The notes under the pieces were generated by a model, which was not told the origin of the DNA, did no database searches, and was given only the letters and a program-made list of their open reading frames with translations. From Chloroflexota bacterium (GTDB lineage Bacteria > Chloroflexota > UBA6077 > FW602-bin22 > JACPRP01), in contig JAMCWX010000072.1 of NCBI GenBank assembly GCA_023480885.1, forward strand, positions 10,628 to 74,627: a stretch of 64,000 bases of DNA. Direction: 5' to 3'. Numbering within the stretch: position 1 is the first letter of the stretch; every line of letters starts with the position of its first letter. Of the stretch, positions 56,146 to 64,000 are shown piece after piece. The translations under genes were made by a program, and so were the position numbers.

Positions 56146-57321
56146 ATGAAGAGACTGTCGTTTATCTGTGTACTATCCCTTCTCATGTCGTTGGTTGTGG
56201 CTGCCCTGACACCGCTGTCGATGTGGGCCGCCGACCCTGATGTCGTGCTCTCGACCACGTATCCCAGTATCACGGCTGGCAAAGGTCAGGACATCACGTT
56301 CCCCATCGACGTCATCAACAGAGGCAAATCGGATGAGCGTTTGGACCTTTCAGTTGTGTCAGCTCCCAAAGGATGGGAGACAACGCTCAAGGACCGAGGA
56401 TACGGCGTCCGCAGCCTCTATCTCTTGGCTGGGAAAACGCAGTCTTTTACCTTACAGGTGAAGCCATCTGAAGACGCGGCAGTGGGCAATCAGAAGATAG
56501 TGCTTCAAGCAGCTAGCAGCGATGGCTCGGTCAAATCTACCCTGGAGCTCAATGTTGGACTCGAGGCCAAGCCTTTGGGAGGAGTGAAATTGGCCACCAT
56601 CTATCCTGTGCTGCGTGGCCCCTCGACGTCTAAGTTCCAGTTCCAGGTGGATGTGACTAACCAGGGCGATGATGAGCGGACCGTTGGCCTGGCCACGGCG
56701 CAGCCGCAGGATTGGCAGGTTACCGTGCAGCCTTCATACGATCAGAAGCAGATATCTTCGATGCGCCTGAAGGGCGGGGAGACCAAGAGCGTAGACGTGC
56801 AGATAACCCCCTCTGCCAAGGCACAGCCAGGAGAGTACAATATCGATTTGCAGGCCACCGCTGGCAACGCAAAAGACGCCTTACGGCTGAAAGTTGCCTT
56901 GATCGGAACCACCGAGCTCTCGCTGGAAACTTCCACTGGCAGACTCAACATGGACGCCACTGCCGGCCAGCCATCCCCAATTTCTGTAGTAGTGACCAAC
57001 AAGGGATCGGCAGACCTTCGTAACATCACGTTCTCGTCGAGCAAGGCTGACGGCTGGGAGGTGACGTTCAATCCTAACAAAATCGATACCCTCGCCGCAG
57101 GTCAATCGCAGGAGGTAAACGTCACTGTCAAGCCATCTGGCAAGGCGATCGCCGGAGACTATGCTGTGTCGCTCACGGCTTCGAGCGGTTCAGCTTCAGA
57201 TAAAGCGCAGTTACGAGTGACAGTTGAGACGTCTACGCTCTGGGGATGGACTGGCATCGCCCTTGTTGTCATCGTGATCGGTGGTCTGGGAGGGCTCTTC
57301 CTGCGTCTAGGTAGGAGGTAA
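56146..57321 (+). CDS. COG1470/NEW3 Ig-like repeat membrane-anchored protein
   Basis: Signal peptide, three Ig-like repeats (N.G...P.GW...GEY/GDY), C-terminal TM. Confidence 0.85.
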   Translation: MKRLSFICVLSLLMSLVVAALTPLSMWAADPDVVLSTTYPSITAGKGQDITFPIDVINRGKSDERLDLSVVSAPKGWETTLKDRGYGVRSLYLLAGKTQSFTLQVKPSEDAAVGNQKIVLQAASSDGSVKSTLELNVGLEAKPLGGVKLATIYPVLRGPSTSKFQFQVDVTNQGDDERTVGLATAQPQDWQVTVQPSYDQKQISSMRLKGGETKSVDVQITPSAKAQPGEYNIDLQATAGNAKDALRLKVALIGTTELSLETSTGRLNMDATAGQPSPISVVVTNKGSADLRNITFSSSKADGWEVTFNPNKIDTLAAGQSQEVNVTVKPSGKAIAGDYAVSLTASSGSASDKAQLRVTVETSTLWGWTGIALVVIVIGGLGGLFLRLGRR

Positions 57322-57324
57322 CCC

Positions 57325-58326
57325 ATGGCCGAAACGTATGCACAGGAGAGAACCGATTCGGTCGCAGGCAGTAATAGCACCGGAGGGCAAAGCGACTCGT
57401 TCATCGTCGAGACTGCCGATCTGACCAAGATGTATGGCGCGTTCACCGCGGTGGACCGCCTGAACCTGCGAGTTCGCGAAGGCGAGATTTTTGGAGTGCT
57501 CGGCCCAAACGGAGCTGGCAAGACGACCAGCATTCTGATGCTGCTTGGCCTGACCGAGCCAACCTCTGGCGCTGTGCGGGTCTGCGGTCATAACTCCACT
57601 AGAGAGCCGCTCAAAGTCAAGCGCCTCGTTGGCTACCTTCCAGAGAACGTGGGTTTCTACGGGGACCTGACTGCCAGGCAGAACTTGCGATATACGGCGC
57701 ATCTGAACGGTCTGACGGACAGGGAAAGCGACGCCAGAATAGACGAGGTTCTGGAGGTAGTTGGGCTATCGGACGTTGCCGACAAGAAGGCGGGACAGTT
57801 CTCACGAGGCATGCGCCAGCGCCTGGGCATAGCGGATGTGCTCGTCAAATCCCCAAGGCTGGTGGTCCTTGACGAGCCGACGCTGGGTATCGACCCCGAA
57901 GGCGTGAATCAACTGCTCGAACTCATCGTGAAGATGAGCCGGGAGCAGAACATGACCGTGATGCTCTCTTCGCACCAGCTCCAGCAGGTACAACAGATAT
58001 GCGATCGCATCTGCATCTTCTTCAAAGGACGCATTGTAGCCGAAGGGCGCATCGAGGAACTCGGCACCCGCGCGCTGGCAGGCGCGCAACTGACAACAGA
58101 GGTGCAGGTGGCGAGGATGGCAGACGAGTTCGTCGGCTCGCTGGGCCGCCTGGAAGGCGTTGCGGGTGTAGAGCGAAGCGGGGACCTTCTACTGGTCCAT
58201 TCGGACCAGGATATCAGGGAGGGCATCTCTGGTCTGACAGCAAAGCTCGGCGCGCCATTGCTTCACCTGCGCATGAGGGGATACGGCTTGGAGGAAATAT
58301 ACTTGAAGTATTTCAAGGAGGGATAA
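57325..58326 (+). CDS. ABC transporter ATP-binding protein
   Basis: GPNGAGKT, FSRGMRQR, LDEPTLGIDP, SSH. Confidence 0.93.
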   Translation: MAETYAQERTDSVAGSNSTGGQSDSFIVETADLTKMYGAFTAVDRLNLRVREGEIFGVLGPNGAGKTTSILMLLGLTEPTSGAVRVCGHNSTREPLKVKRLVGYLPENVGFYGDLTARQNLRYTAHLNGLTDRESDARIDEVLEVVGLSDVADKKAGQFSRGMRQRLGIADVLVKSPRLVVLDEPTLGIDPEGVNQLLELIVKMSREQNMTVMLSSHQLQQVQQICDRICIFFKGRIVAEGRIEELGTRALAGAQLTTEVQVARMADEFVGSLGRLEGVAGVERSGDLLLVHSDQDIREGISGLTAKLGAPLLHLRMRGYGLEEIYLKYFKEG

Positions 58327-58330
58327 GGCT

Positions 58331-59272
58331 ATGCAGGGGCTAATGGCCGTTTTCCAGAAGGAGTTCGCTGACCATTTCAGCAGCAAGCGGTTTGTTATCC
58401 TCTTCACGCTCATTTGCCTGGCAGGCCTTTCGGCTACCTACGTTGCCGCCCAATCGATACGTGGGGAGTTACTGGACAAGCCGGATCAGCAGTTCGTGTT
58501 TCTCCAGTTGTTCACCGCATCGAGCGGCGTCCTTCCCCCGTTCATCAGCTTCATCGGCTTCCTCGGTCCGTTGGTGGGAATTGCTCTAGGGTTCGACGCG
58601 ATCAACAGCGAGAAATCCAATGGAACGTTGAGCCGGGTGCTCTCTCAGCCGATATTCCGGGACTCGGTGATCAACGGCAAGTTCCTGGCGGGTCTGGCAA
58701 CGATATCGCTTATGCTGCTCAGCATAGTGTTGATCGTCGCTGGCCTGGGCCTGCGCACCATCGGTGTTGCCCCCAGCGTGGACGAGGCGGCGCGCATCCT
58801 GGTTTTCCTGGTGGTTTGTATTGTCTACGTGGCTTTCTGGATGGCGCTCTCTATCCTGTTCTCGGTGTTGTTCCGGCAGACGGCTACCTCGGCTCTGGCG
58901 GGCATTGCCGCGTGGATTTTCTTCGTTTTCTTCATTTCGATGATCTCCGGGATTCTGGCGAATACCCTGGTGCCACTGGGGCAGGACCCTGACGCGAACA
59001 CGGCGATCGCCCACGAGCAGGTCGACCAGATGGTGAGTCGAATTTCCCCAAGCACGCTTTTCCAGGAGGCTACGGTGACGATACTTACTCCAGGCGTGCG
59101 AACGCTGGGACCAGTCCTGGTTCGCGATGTAGTGGGAATGATCCCTAATCCTCTGTCTGTATCTCAGAGCCTGCTGGTCATATGGCCCCAGATCGTGGGA
59201 CTCATCGCCCTGACGAGCATCTGCTTCGCCATATCGTACGCCAAGTTCCTGCGCGAAGAGATAAGAGCGTAA
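58331..59272 (+). CDS. ABC-2/NosY-like permease
   Basis: KEFADH, GFDAINSE..GTL..LSQPI.RD. Confidence 0.9.
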   Translation: MQGLMAVFQKEFADHFSSKRFVILFTLICLAGLSATYVAAQSIRGELLDKPDQQFVFLQLFTASSGVLPPFISFIGFLGPLVGIALGFDAINSEKSNGTLSRVLSQPIFRDSVINGKFLAGLATISLMLLSIVLIVAGLGLRTIGVAPSVDEAARILVFLVVCIVYVAFWMALSILFSVLFRQTATSALAGIAAWIFFVFFISMISGILANTLVPLGQDPDANTAIAHEQVDQMVSRISPSTLFQEATVTILTPGVRTLGPVLVRDVVGMIPNPLSVSQSLLVIWPQIVGLIALTSICFAISYAKFLREEIRA

Positions 59273-59415
59273 ACGAGCAGCTTCCTCTTAAATCGGTTGC
59301 GGAAGGATCGAGCCGTGACAATGTAGCGCGAGATCTCTGCCAGTGCGAACAAGACAGGGGGCAGATTCAAAGCCTGCCCCCTGTGTGCGAGTTACCGATG
59401 CCCGCTGCCAATCTC

Positions 59416-60825
59416 CTAACCCGCGTACCCTGTTCCGAAGTACTTCGCCCAGTTGCTCTTCACTACTCTTACCATCTCGTCAGAGAGCTTCACTTCCTCT
59501 TCGTAGCTGTCCCACTCGTAGGGCCTCGTGGCGTCGATGATCACGCGCGATGTGAAGCCTTTTCGTTGTGGTTCGACGGACGGGTCCAGCGGCGAGCCAG
59601 TGCCGATCTCCAGAATTTCTGTGCCACGCTTTGGCTGATATCTGGTTCCCACAGCCCACCAGACGGCATCCATATCCGATGGATCGATGTCGTCATCTAC
59701 CACGATAACAATCTTATTCGCGTAGTTGCCGGACGGAGTGCTGTAGACCGCGCGCCCTACCTGCATCGCGTGGCCGGGATATCGTTGCTTGACTGATACG
59801 ACAGTGACGAAGTAGTTCGCGGCGGCTTCTGGGCAGTACACTCCAACCACGCCGGGCATCTGCATTCGTTTCAGTTCCATCCAGATCGCCGCAGAGCGGT
59901 TTACCGTCTGGATAGCATGGATGTCGGTGATTGGGCGGCCTACAGTGCAACCCCAAAGAATGGGATTATCCCTGTATGTGATGCACTTGATGTTGATGAA
60001 TGGCTTGGGCGTGGGATAGCCATAGTAGCCTGTGTACTCGCCGAATGGTCCCTCCATTCGGCGCTCGCCCGGTGGAATTTCGCCCTCGATGACCATTTCG
60101 GCGTGCGCCGGCACTGGCAGTTCGCACGTCTCGGCCTTTACCACCTCCGTGGGCACGCCATTCAACGCGCCAATGTAGTCATACTCATTTTCGAAGGGAG
60201 GTGTTGGAGTCGTGGAGACGACGAAAGTCGTCGGATCTACGCCGATTGCTATGGCAATCGGCATAGGCTCATTCATCGCCTCGTATCTCTGATAATGAAG
60301 GGCTATGTGCTTGCTTGGTATCACGTAAATGCCCAGCGTCCGCTCCTCGTGGCAAAGGACGCGATACGTGCCGATGTTGACCCAGCCGCTGTCGGGGTCC
60401 TTAGTAATGATACATCCATTAGTAATGTAGCGCCCCCCATCCATTGGGTACCAGTGTGGTATGGGAAACTTGAAGATGCTTACTTTCTCGCCCTTATCGA
60501 TATTCTCCTTGCAGGGACCGGAGGAGACCACTTTGGGAGGAATTCTGTTGTTGATTCGTTCCTGCCAGGTCGAGATAATATCCATAAGGGAGTTTGCGCC
60601 AGGCACGTTCATCGCGATGCCGAATCGTCTGGGCGTCGTGAGAGCGCCGGTCAGAACTGGGGTGTTATACCCCTTGACGTTCTCGAAGAGCAAGGCTGGG
60701 CCGCGCTTCTGCTCGCTGAGCTTAGCTACACATCCAAGTTCCTTGTTCCAATCCACCTCTGCGGTGACGCGTTTGAGTTCCCCTTGCTCGTCCAAGGCGG
60801 AAATGAATTCTCTGAGATCGCGCAC
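59416..60825 (-). CDS. UbiD-family (de)carboxylase, phenylphosphate carboxylase beta-like
   Basis: DLREFI, GPALLFEN, NIGTYR, PAHAEMVIEG, EGPFGEYTGYY, LDPS, IIDAT. Confidence 0.9.
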   Translation of the reverse strand: MRDLREFISALDEQGELKRVTAEVDWNKELGCVAKLSEQKRGPALLFENVKGYNTPVLTGALTTPRRFGIAMNVPGANSLMDIISTWQERINNRIPPKVVSSGPCKENIDKGEKVSIFKFPIPHWYPMDGGRYITNGCIITKDPDSGWVNIGTYRVLCHEERTLGIYVIPSKHIALHYQRYEAMNEPMPIAIAIGVDPTTFVVSTTPTPPFENEYDYIGALNGVPTEVVKAETCELPVPAHAEMVIEGEIPPGERRMEGPFGEYTGYYGYPTPKPFINIKCITYRDNPILWGCTVGRPITDIHAIQTVNRSAAIWMELKRMQMPGVVGVYCPEAAANYFVTVVSVKQRYPGHAMQVGRAVYSTPSGNYANKIVIVVDDDIDPSDMDAVWWAVGTRYQPKRGTEILEIGTGSPLDPSVEPQRKGFTSRVIIDATRPYEWDSYEEEVKLSDEMVRVVKSNWAKYFGTGYAG

Positions 60826-60855
60826 GTTTTACTCCTGTCTTCGTATCTACTTGTT

Positions 60856-61587
60856 CTACTTTGCCAGCTTCCACTTGCGGTCTATAATTTCGATCATTAC
60901 AAAACCTCCCTTGGTTAGTCCATTGTGATCGCTGGGAGACATGTTGAAGATGCCGTTGATACCGACCATGTTCTTGACGCTCTCAATTCCGTCCCTGATT
61001 TTTGCGCGCGTAGGGCCATTGCTCTCAATAGCCTTTGCGATGAGGTGAAACGCGTCGAAGGCATTCCCTGCAAAGGTATCTGGGGCGGTCCCGTATTTCG
61101 CTTTGTAGGTGTCGCGGAATTGCGTCAGGACGGACTTTTGTGGATCGCTCGCTGGAAGTTCATCGACGATCAGCATCTTGCTTGTCGGTAGTATTACGCC
61201 ATTGGCAGCATCGCCGGCAAGCTCGATAAATGCCTCATTCGCGACCCCAGCGCTTTGCAGGATAGGGATACCAAGATTCAACTGCCGAGCATTCTTGGTT
61301 ATGATCGCCGGTCCAGGATTTGACCCCCAGACGATCAGAGCCTGAGCACCGCTACCTTTGATCTTCGTCAATTGAGTGGACATATCAGTGTCCTTGCTGC
61401 CATACGACTCCTTGGCAACTATCGTCATGCCCTCACTTGGAGCCAGATCCTCTAACTGCTCTTTGCCGCTCACGCCATAAGCATTGCTATCGTTAAAGAC
61501 GGCGACCTTCGTCAAGCCCTTTTCTTTCAAGTAGTCGTAAAGCCGCGAGGCCACGGCGCAAAACTGGCGTTCGCTGGCTTTTCTCAT
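60856..61587 (-). pseudogene. N-terminally truncated Liv-type substrate-binding protein
   Basis: C-terminal two-thirds only (NAYGVSG, DTDMSTQL, GDAANG, FNMSPSDHNG); no signal peptide or N-terminal lobe. Confidence 0.72.
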
Positions 61588-61827
61588 AGATCACCGACAA
61601 ACTCGTGATTGCTCTCATAGCTTATCATTTGTTTCACTTGTTTTCAAAAGGCTGTAGCCCCCGTTTACGACAGACGAGCACCCCACTACTCCTCTGTGCT
61701 CTCCATCAAGCCTCGGGCCAGCGCAGCCTCCCCTAGCAAAAACAAGGACACCTACAAGCCTCTATCCTCTCGCTGGGGTTGATTCTCAAGCCCTTGATCT
61801 ACTTCGAATGCCCGTGAATGCGGAGGC

Positions 61828-61856
61828 TTGACAGGATGCGATTGGTTGACTACGAT
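61828..61856 (+). promoter_or_regulatory. Probable sigma70 promoter
   Basis: TTGACA, 17 bp spacer, TACGAT. Confidence 0.6.
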
Positions 61857-61864
61857 TAGGATAC

Positions 61865-63841
61865 TTGAGATCGCGGAGTGCCTTGCTCATGCCTGTAGAT
61901 TCGGTCGGCTCTGATGCTCCTGTAGCTGAACGCAACTGCGCCATTCCGTTGCCGATGCCCAGGTCTCTTGCCTGGCCGAAGCTTGCATTTGGCGCGGCAC
62001 TTGTAGCTTGCGTTGGCTTGGCGATTGGGGTGCGGGTTGCCTTCGGCCCACATGTCCGCGAGGATGCCTTCATCACGCTGCGGTACGCCGAGAACATCGC
62101 TGCGGGGCAAGGGTTTGTGTTTAACCTGGGGGAACGCGTACTGGGAACCACTACCCCGCTATTTGCTCTCCTGCTAGCTGCCTTGGCACGGCTGGGGCTC
62201 GACCCTGCATTTGCTGCCATTGCCATTGGAATTCTCTCAGATGCCGGGGCAATGGTTATCCTCAGCCTGATAGCTGCAAGGTTCCTGAAACCCCTCGCCG
62301 TAGTGTTCGTGCTGATGCTTTACGCTCTATTGTCTCCGATTGTCTCATACGCAGTCTCCGGAATGGAAACCTCCCTGTATGTGCTTCTCATACTCTCTTC
62401 CGTGTTGGCTTACGCAAGCGGGAAGATGAGGTTCGCGGGACTGCTGTGTGCCTTGTTGGTGTTCACGCGACCGGACGGTCTTATCCTGCCCACAGTATTC
62501 TTCTTTCACGCGCTAGTCTATAAGCGCAACGGACTGCTGGATGCACTGGTAGTATTCGTGATAGTGCTTGCTCCCTGGGTAGCGTTTGCGACGACCTATT
62601 TCGGCTCACCGATTCCTCAGTCTATGATCGCCAAGGCATCTGTCGATTTCGCACCTGACTCCGCTCTAAGCCTGCGGAACTTCTTATGGTATTTCTCTGA
62701 TGTTGACAACCGCTGGTTCCTGCCTCTCAGCCCCGTTTTCATACTGGGCATTCTACAGTTGAAGCGCGAGCGAGCTCCTGCGTTGCTGATGGCCTGGGCT
62801 CTGGCCTATTCAGCGGCATTCATCGCCTCAAACAAGTTCCTCTTTCCACTGACTCCCTTCGAGTGGTACTTCGTGCCACTGTTAGCGCCATTTGTATTGG
62901 GCATCGGGGCAGGACTAGAAAACGTGGTCTCGTTCATCGCACGACTTGCTGGGGCGGCTAGGGGCTGGCTGTACGTTGGCGCGGCATTCACAGTCGGAGC
63001 TGTGCTTCTGATAGGCTACGGCGCGGTGCTGCGATACCAACATTCCGAGTTGGGGAAAGCGGTGGGCGGGAGAGAGACGGTTTACGCCAAGTTAGCCAGT
63101 CAGATGGCCGAAATGGGCGTGCAAGATGAGCCAGTGGCGGCCTACGAGATCGGCGCTTTCGCCTACCGCTACCCGGGTCCGATTCTTGACTTATGGGGGC
63201 TTGTATCGCCAAAGGTCGTGGGAATCGACAGCTACAACATTCTCTACCAAGCTCGTCCCCCGTGGATAATGACCTATGCGGACATGTTGCCTGACGAGGT
63301 AACCAATTCAACGTGGTTCCAGCGCGAGTATAAGCCAGTCTACGCTTTGGGGACCTGGGAGGGGCGCCGAGCGACTTTGTTTCGCAGGTACTCCGAGACG
63401 ACGAATGCGGCAGAGGGAGCGGCATTAGGCGTGCTTGGGGAGAGCATGGAACTCCTCAAAGTGGACGTTAAAGTCCAGCCATTGCAACCCGATAGGGAGG
63501 CCCTCCACGTGACCCTCGTCTGGAAAGCTCTGCGGAGGATCGACCAGCGCTACACAGTTTTCACACACCTGAGAGACGGTTCGAACAGGCTGATCGGTCA
63601 GCACGACGGCGAGCCACAGGGCAACGAGCATTCAACAACTCTCTGGCAAGCTGGGGAAACGGTGGTAGATAAGCACGATCTGGTTGTGGATAACCGCCGT
63701 CTCGGTAGCGATGCCTTACTGGTCGTCGGCGCCTACAAGACGGGCGCAGTCGAACAACTCCTGCGGTGGTCTAAGCCCACGGTGCCAGTGTGGCCTCACG
63801 AGTTGCGAATACGCTTGTCCTCTCTCGACGTCCAGCGCTAA
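61865..63841 (+). CDS. GT-C-like multi-TM glycosyltransferase with a C-terminal Ig-like domain
   Basis: EDAFITLRYAEN...G.TTPL, SGMET, TRPDG, LDLWGL; C-terminal YTVFTHL...QHDG.P...W..GE.V.D; true start may be 61889 or later. Confidence 0.78.
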   Translation: MRSRSALLMPVDSVGSDAPVAERNCAIPLPMPRSLAWPKLAFGAALVACVGLAIGVRVAFGPHVREDAFITLRYAENIAAGQGFVFNLGERVLGTTTPLFALLLAALARLGLDPAFAAIAIGILSDAGAMVILSLIAARFLKPLAVVFVLMLYALLSPIVSYAVSGMETSLYVLLILSSVLAYASGKMRFAGLLCALLVFTRPDGLILPTVFFFHALVYKRNGLLDALVVFVIVLAPWVAFATTYFGSPIPQSMIAKASVDFAPDSALSLRNFLWYFSDVDNRWFLPLSPVFILGILQLKRERAPALLMAWALAYSAAFIASNKFLFPLTPFEWYFVPLLAPFVLGIGAGLENVVSFIARLAGAARGWLYVGAAFTVGAVLLIGYGAVLRYQHSELGKAVGGRETVYAKLASQMAEMGVQDEPVAAYEIGAFAYRYPGPILDLWGLVSPKVVGIDSYNILYQARPPWIMTYADMLPDEVTNSTWFQREYKPVYALGTWEGRRATLFRRYSETTNAAEGAALGVLGESMELLKVDVKVQPLQPDREALHVTLVWKALRRIDQRYTVFTHLRDGSNRLIGQHDGEPQGNEHSTTLWQAGETVVDKHDLVVDNRRLGSDALLVVGAYKTGAVEQLLRWSKPTVPVWPHELRIRLSSLDVQR

Positions 63842-64000
63842 TGTGACTGGGAAACATACCTACCATTGGGGAAATGGGGGATCGTAGCGCTGGCGTCTTT
63901 GGACCCAGCGGGGAGGGACGGGTCTGAAGACACCGCTGCCACGTTGACGAGAATTTCCCCAATCAATCGTACGTTATCTGTGACTGCGGCATACTCCCGC

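Noticed and set aside
59917..60918. 333-aa plus-strand ORF
   Set aside because: Antisense shadow of the UbiD gene
1..64000. tRNA, rRNA, tmRNA, SRP RNA, T-box, and TPP/SAM/cobalamin riboswitches
   Set aside because: No convincing consensus found by eye in the intergenic regions; a covariance-model scan is needed to exclude them fully

Overview
Bacterial chromosomal window, moderately GC-rich and most likely Chloroflexota (inferred from the gene repertoire and from secreted-protein domains I recall as typical of that phylum). It is probably a metagenome assembly, because an Illumina adapter 17-mer sits inside one gene. In order, it holds: PMM/PGM, PGI/PMI and a membrane-anchored NPCBM + clan-D glycosidase; a pantothenate operon (DUF2520, panD, panB, panC) with an attenuator-type leader; two paralogous membrane proteins; a NitT/TauT ABC pair with no adjacent binding protein; a gamma-carbonic anhydrase; an atypical UbiD followed by an unannotated 51-aa zinc-ribbon gene; a RegB-like two-component system directly upstream of a group 3b [NiFe]-hydrogenase; a four-gene operon of lipoprotein, two unknown proteins and a GSP-synthetase-like ATP-grasp ligase (best candidate for an undescribed system); a housekeeping run (tlyA, nadK, recN, GNAT, M20, NUDIX, deoC, NUDIX, CCA enzyme); MFS and Liv-type ABC transporters; an accessory zone with three type II toxin-antitoxin loci and several gene remnants; and a NEW3/ABC operon, a second PpcB-like UbiD and a GT-C-like membrane protein. 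I saw no rRNA, tRNA, CRISPR array or intact transposase. All family assignments come from motif reading and recall, not database searches.
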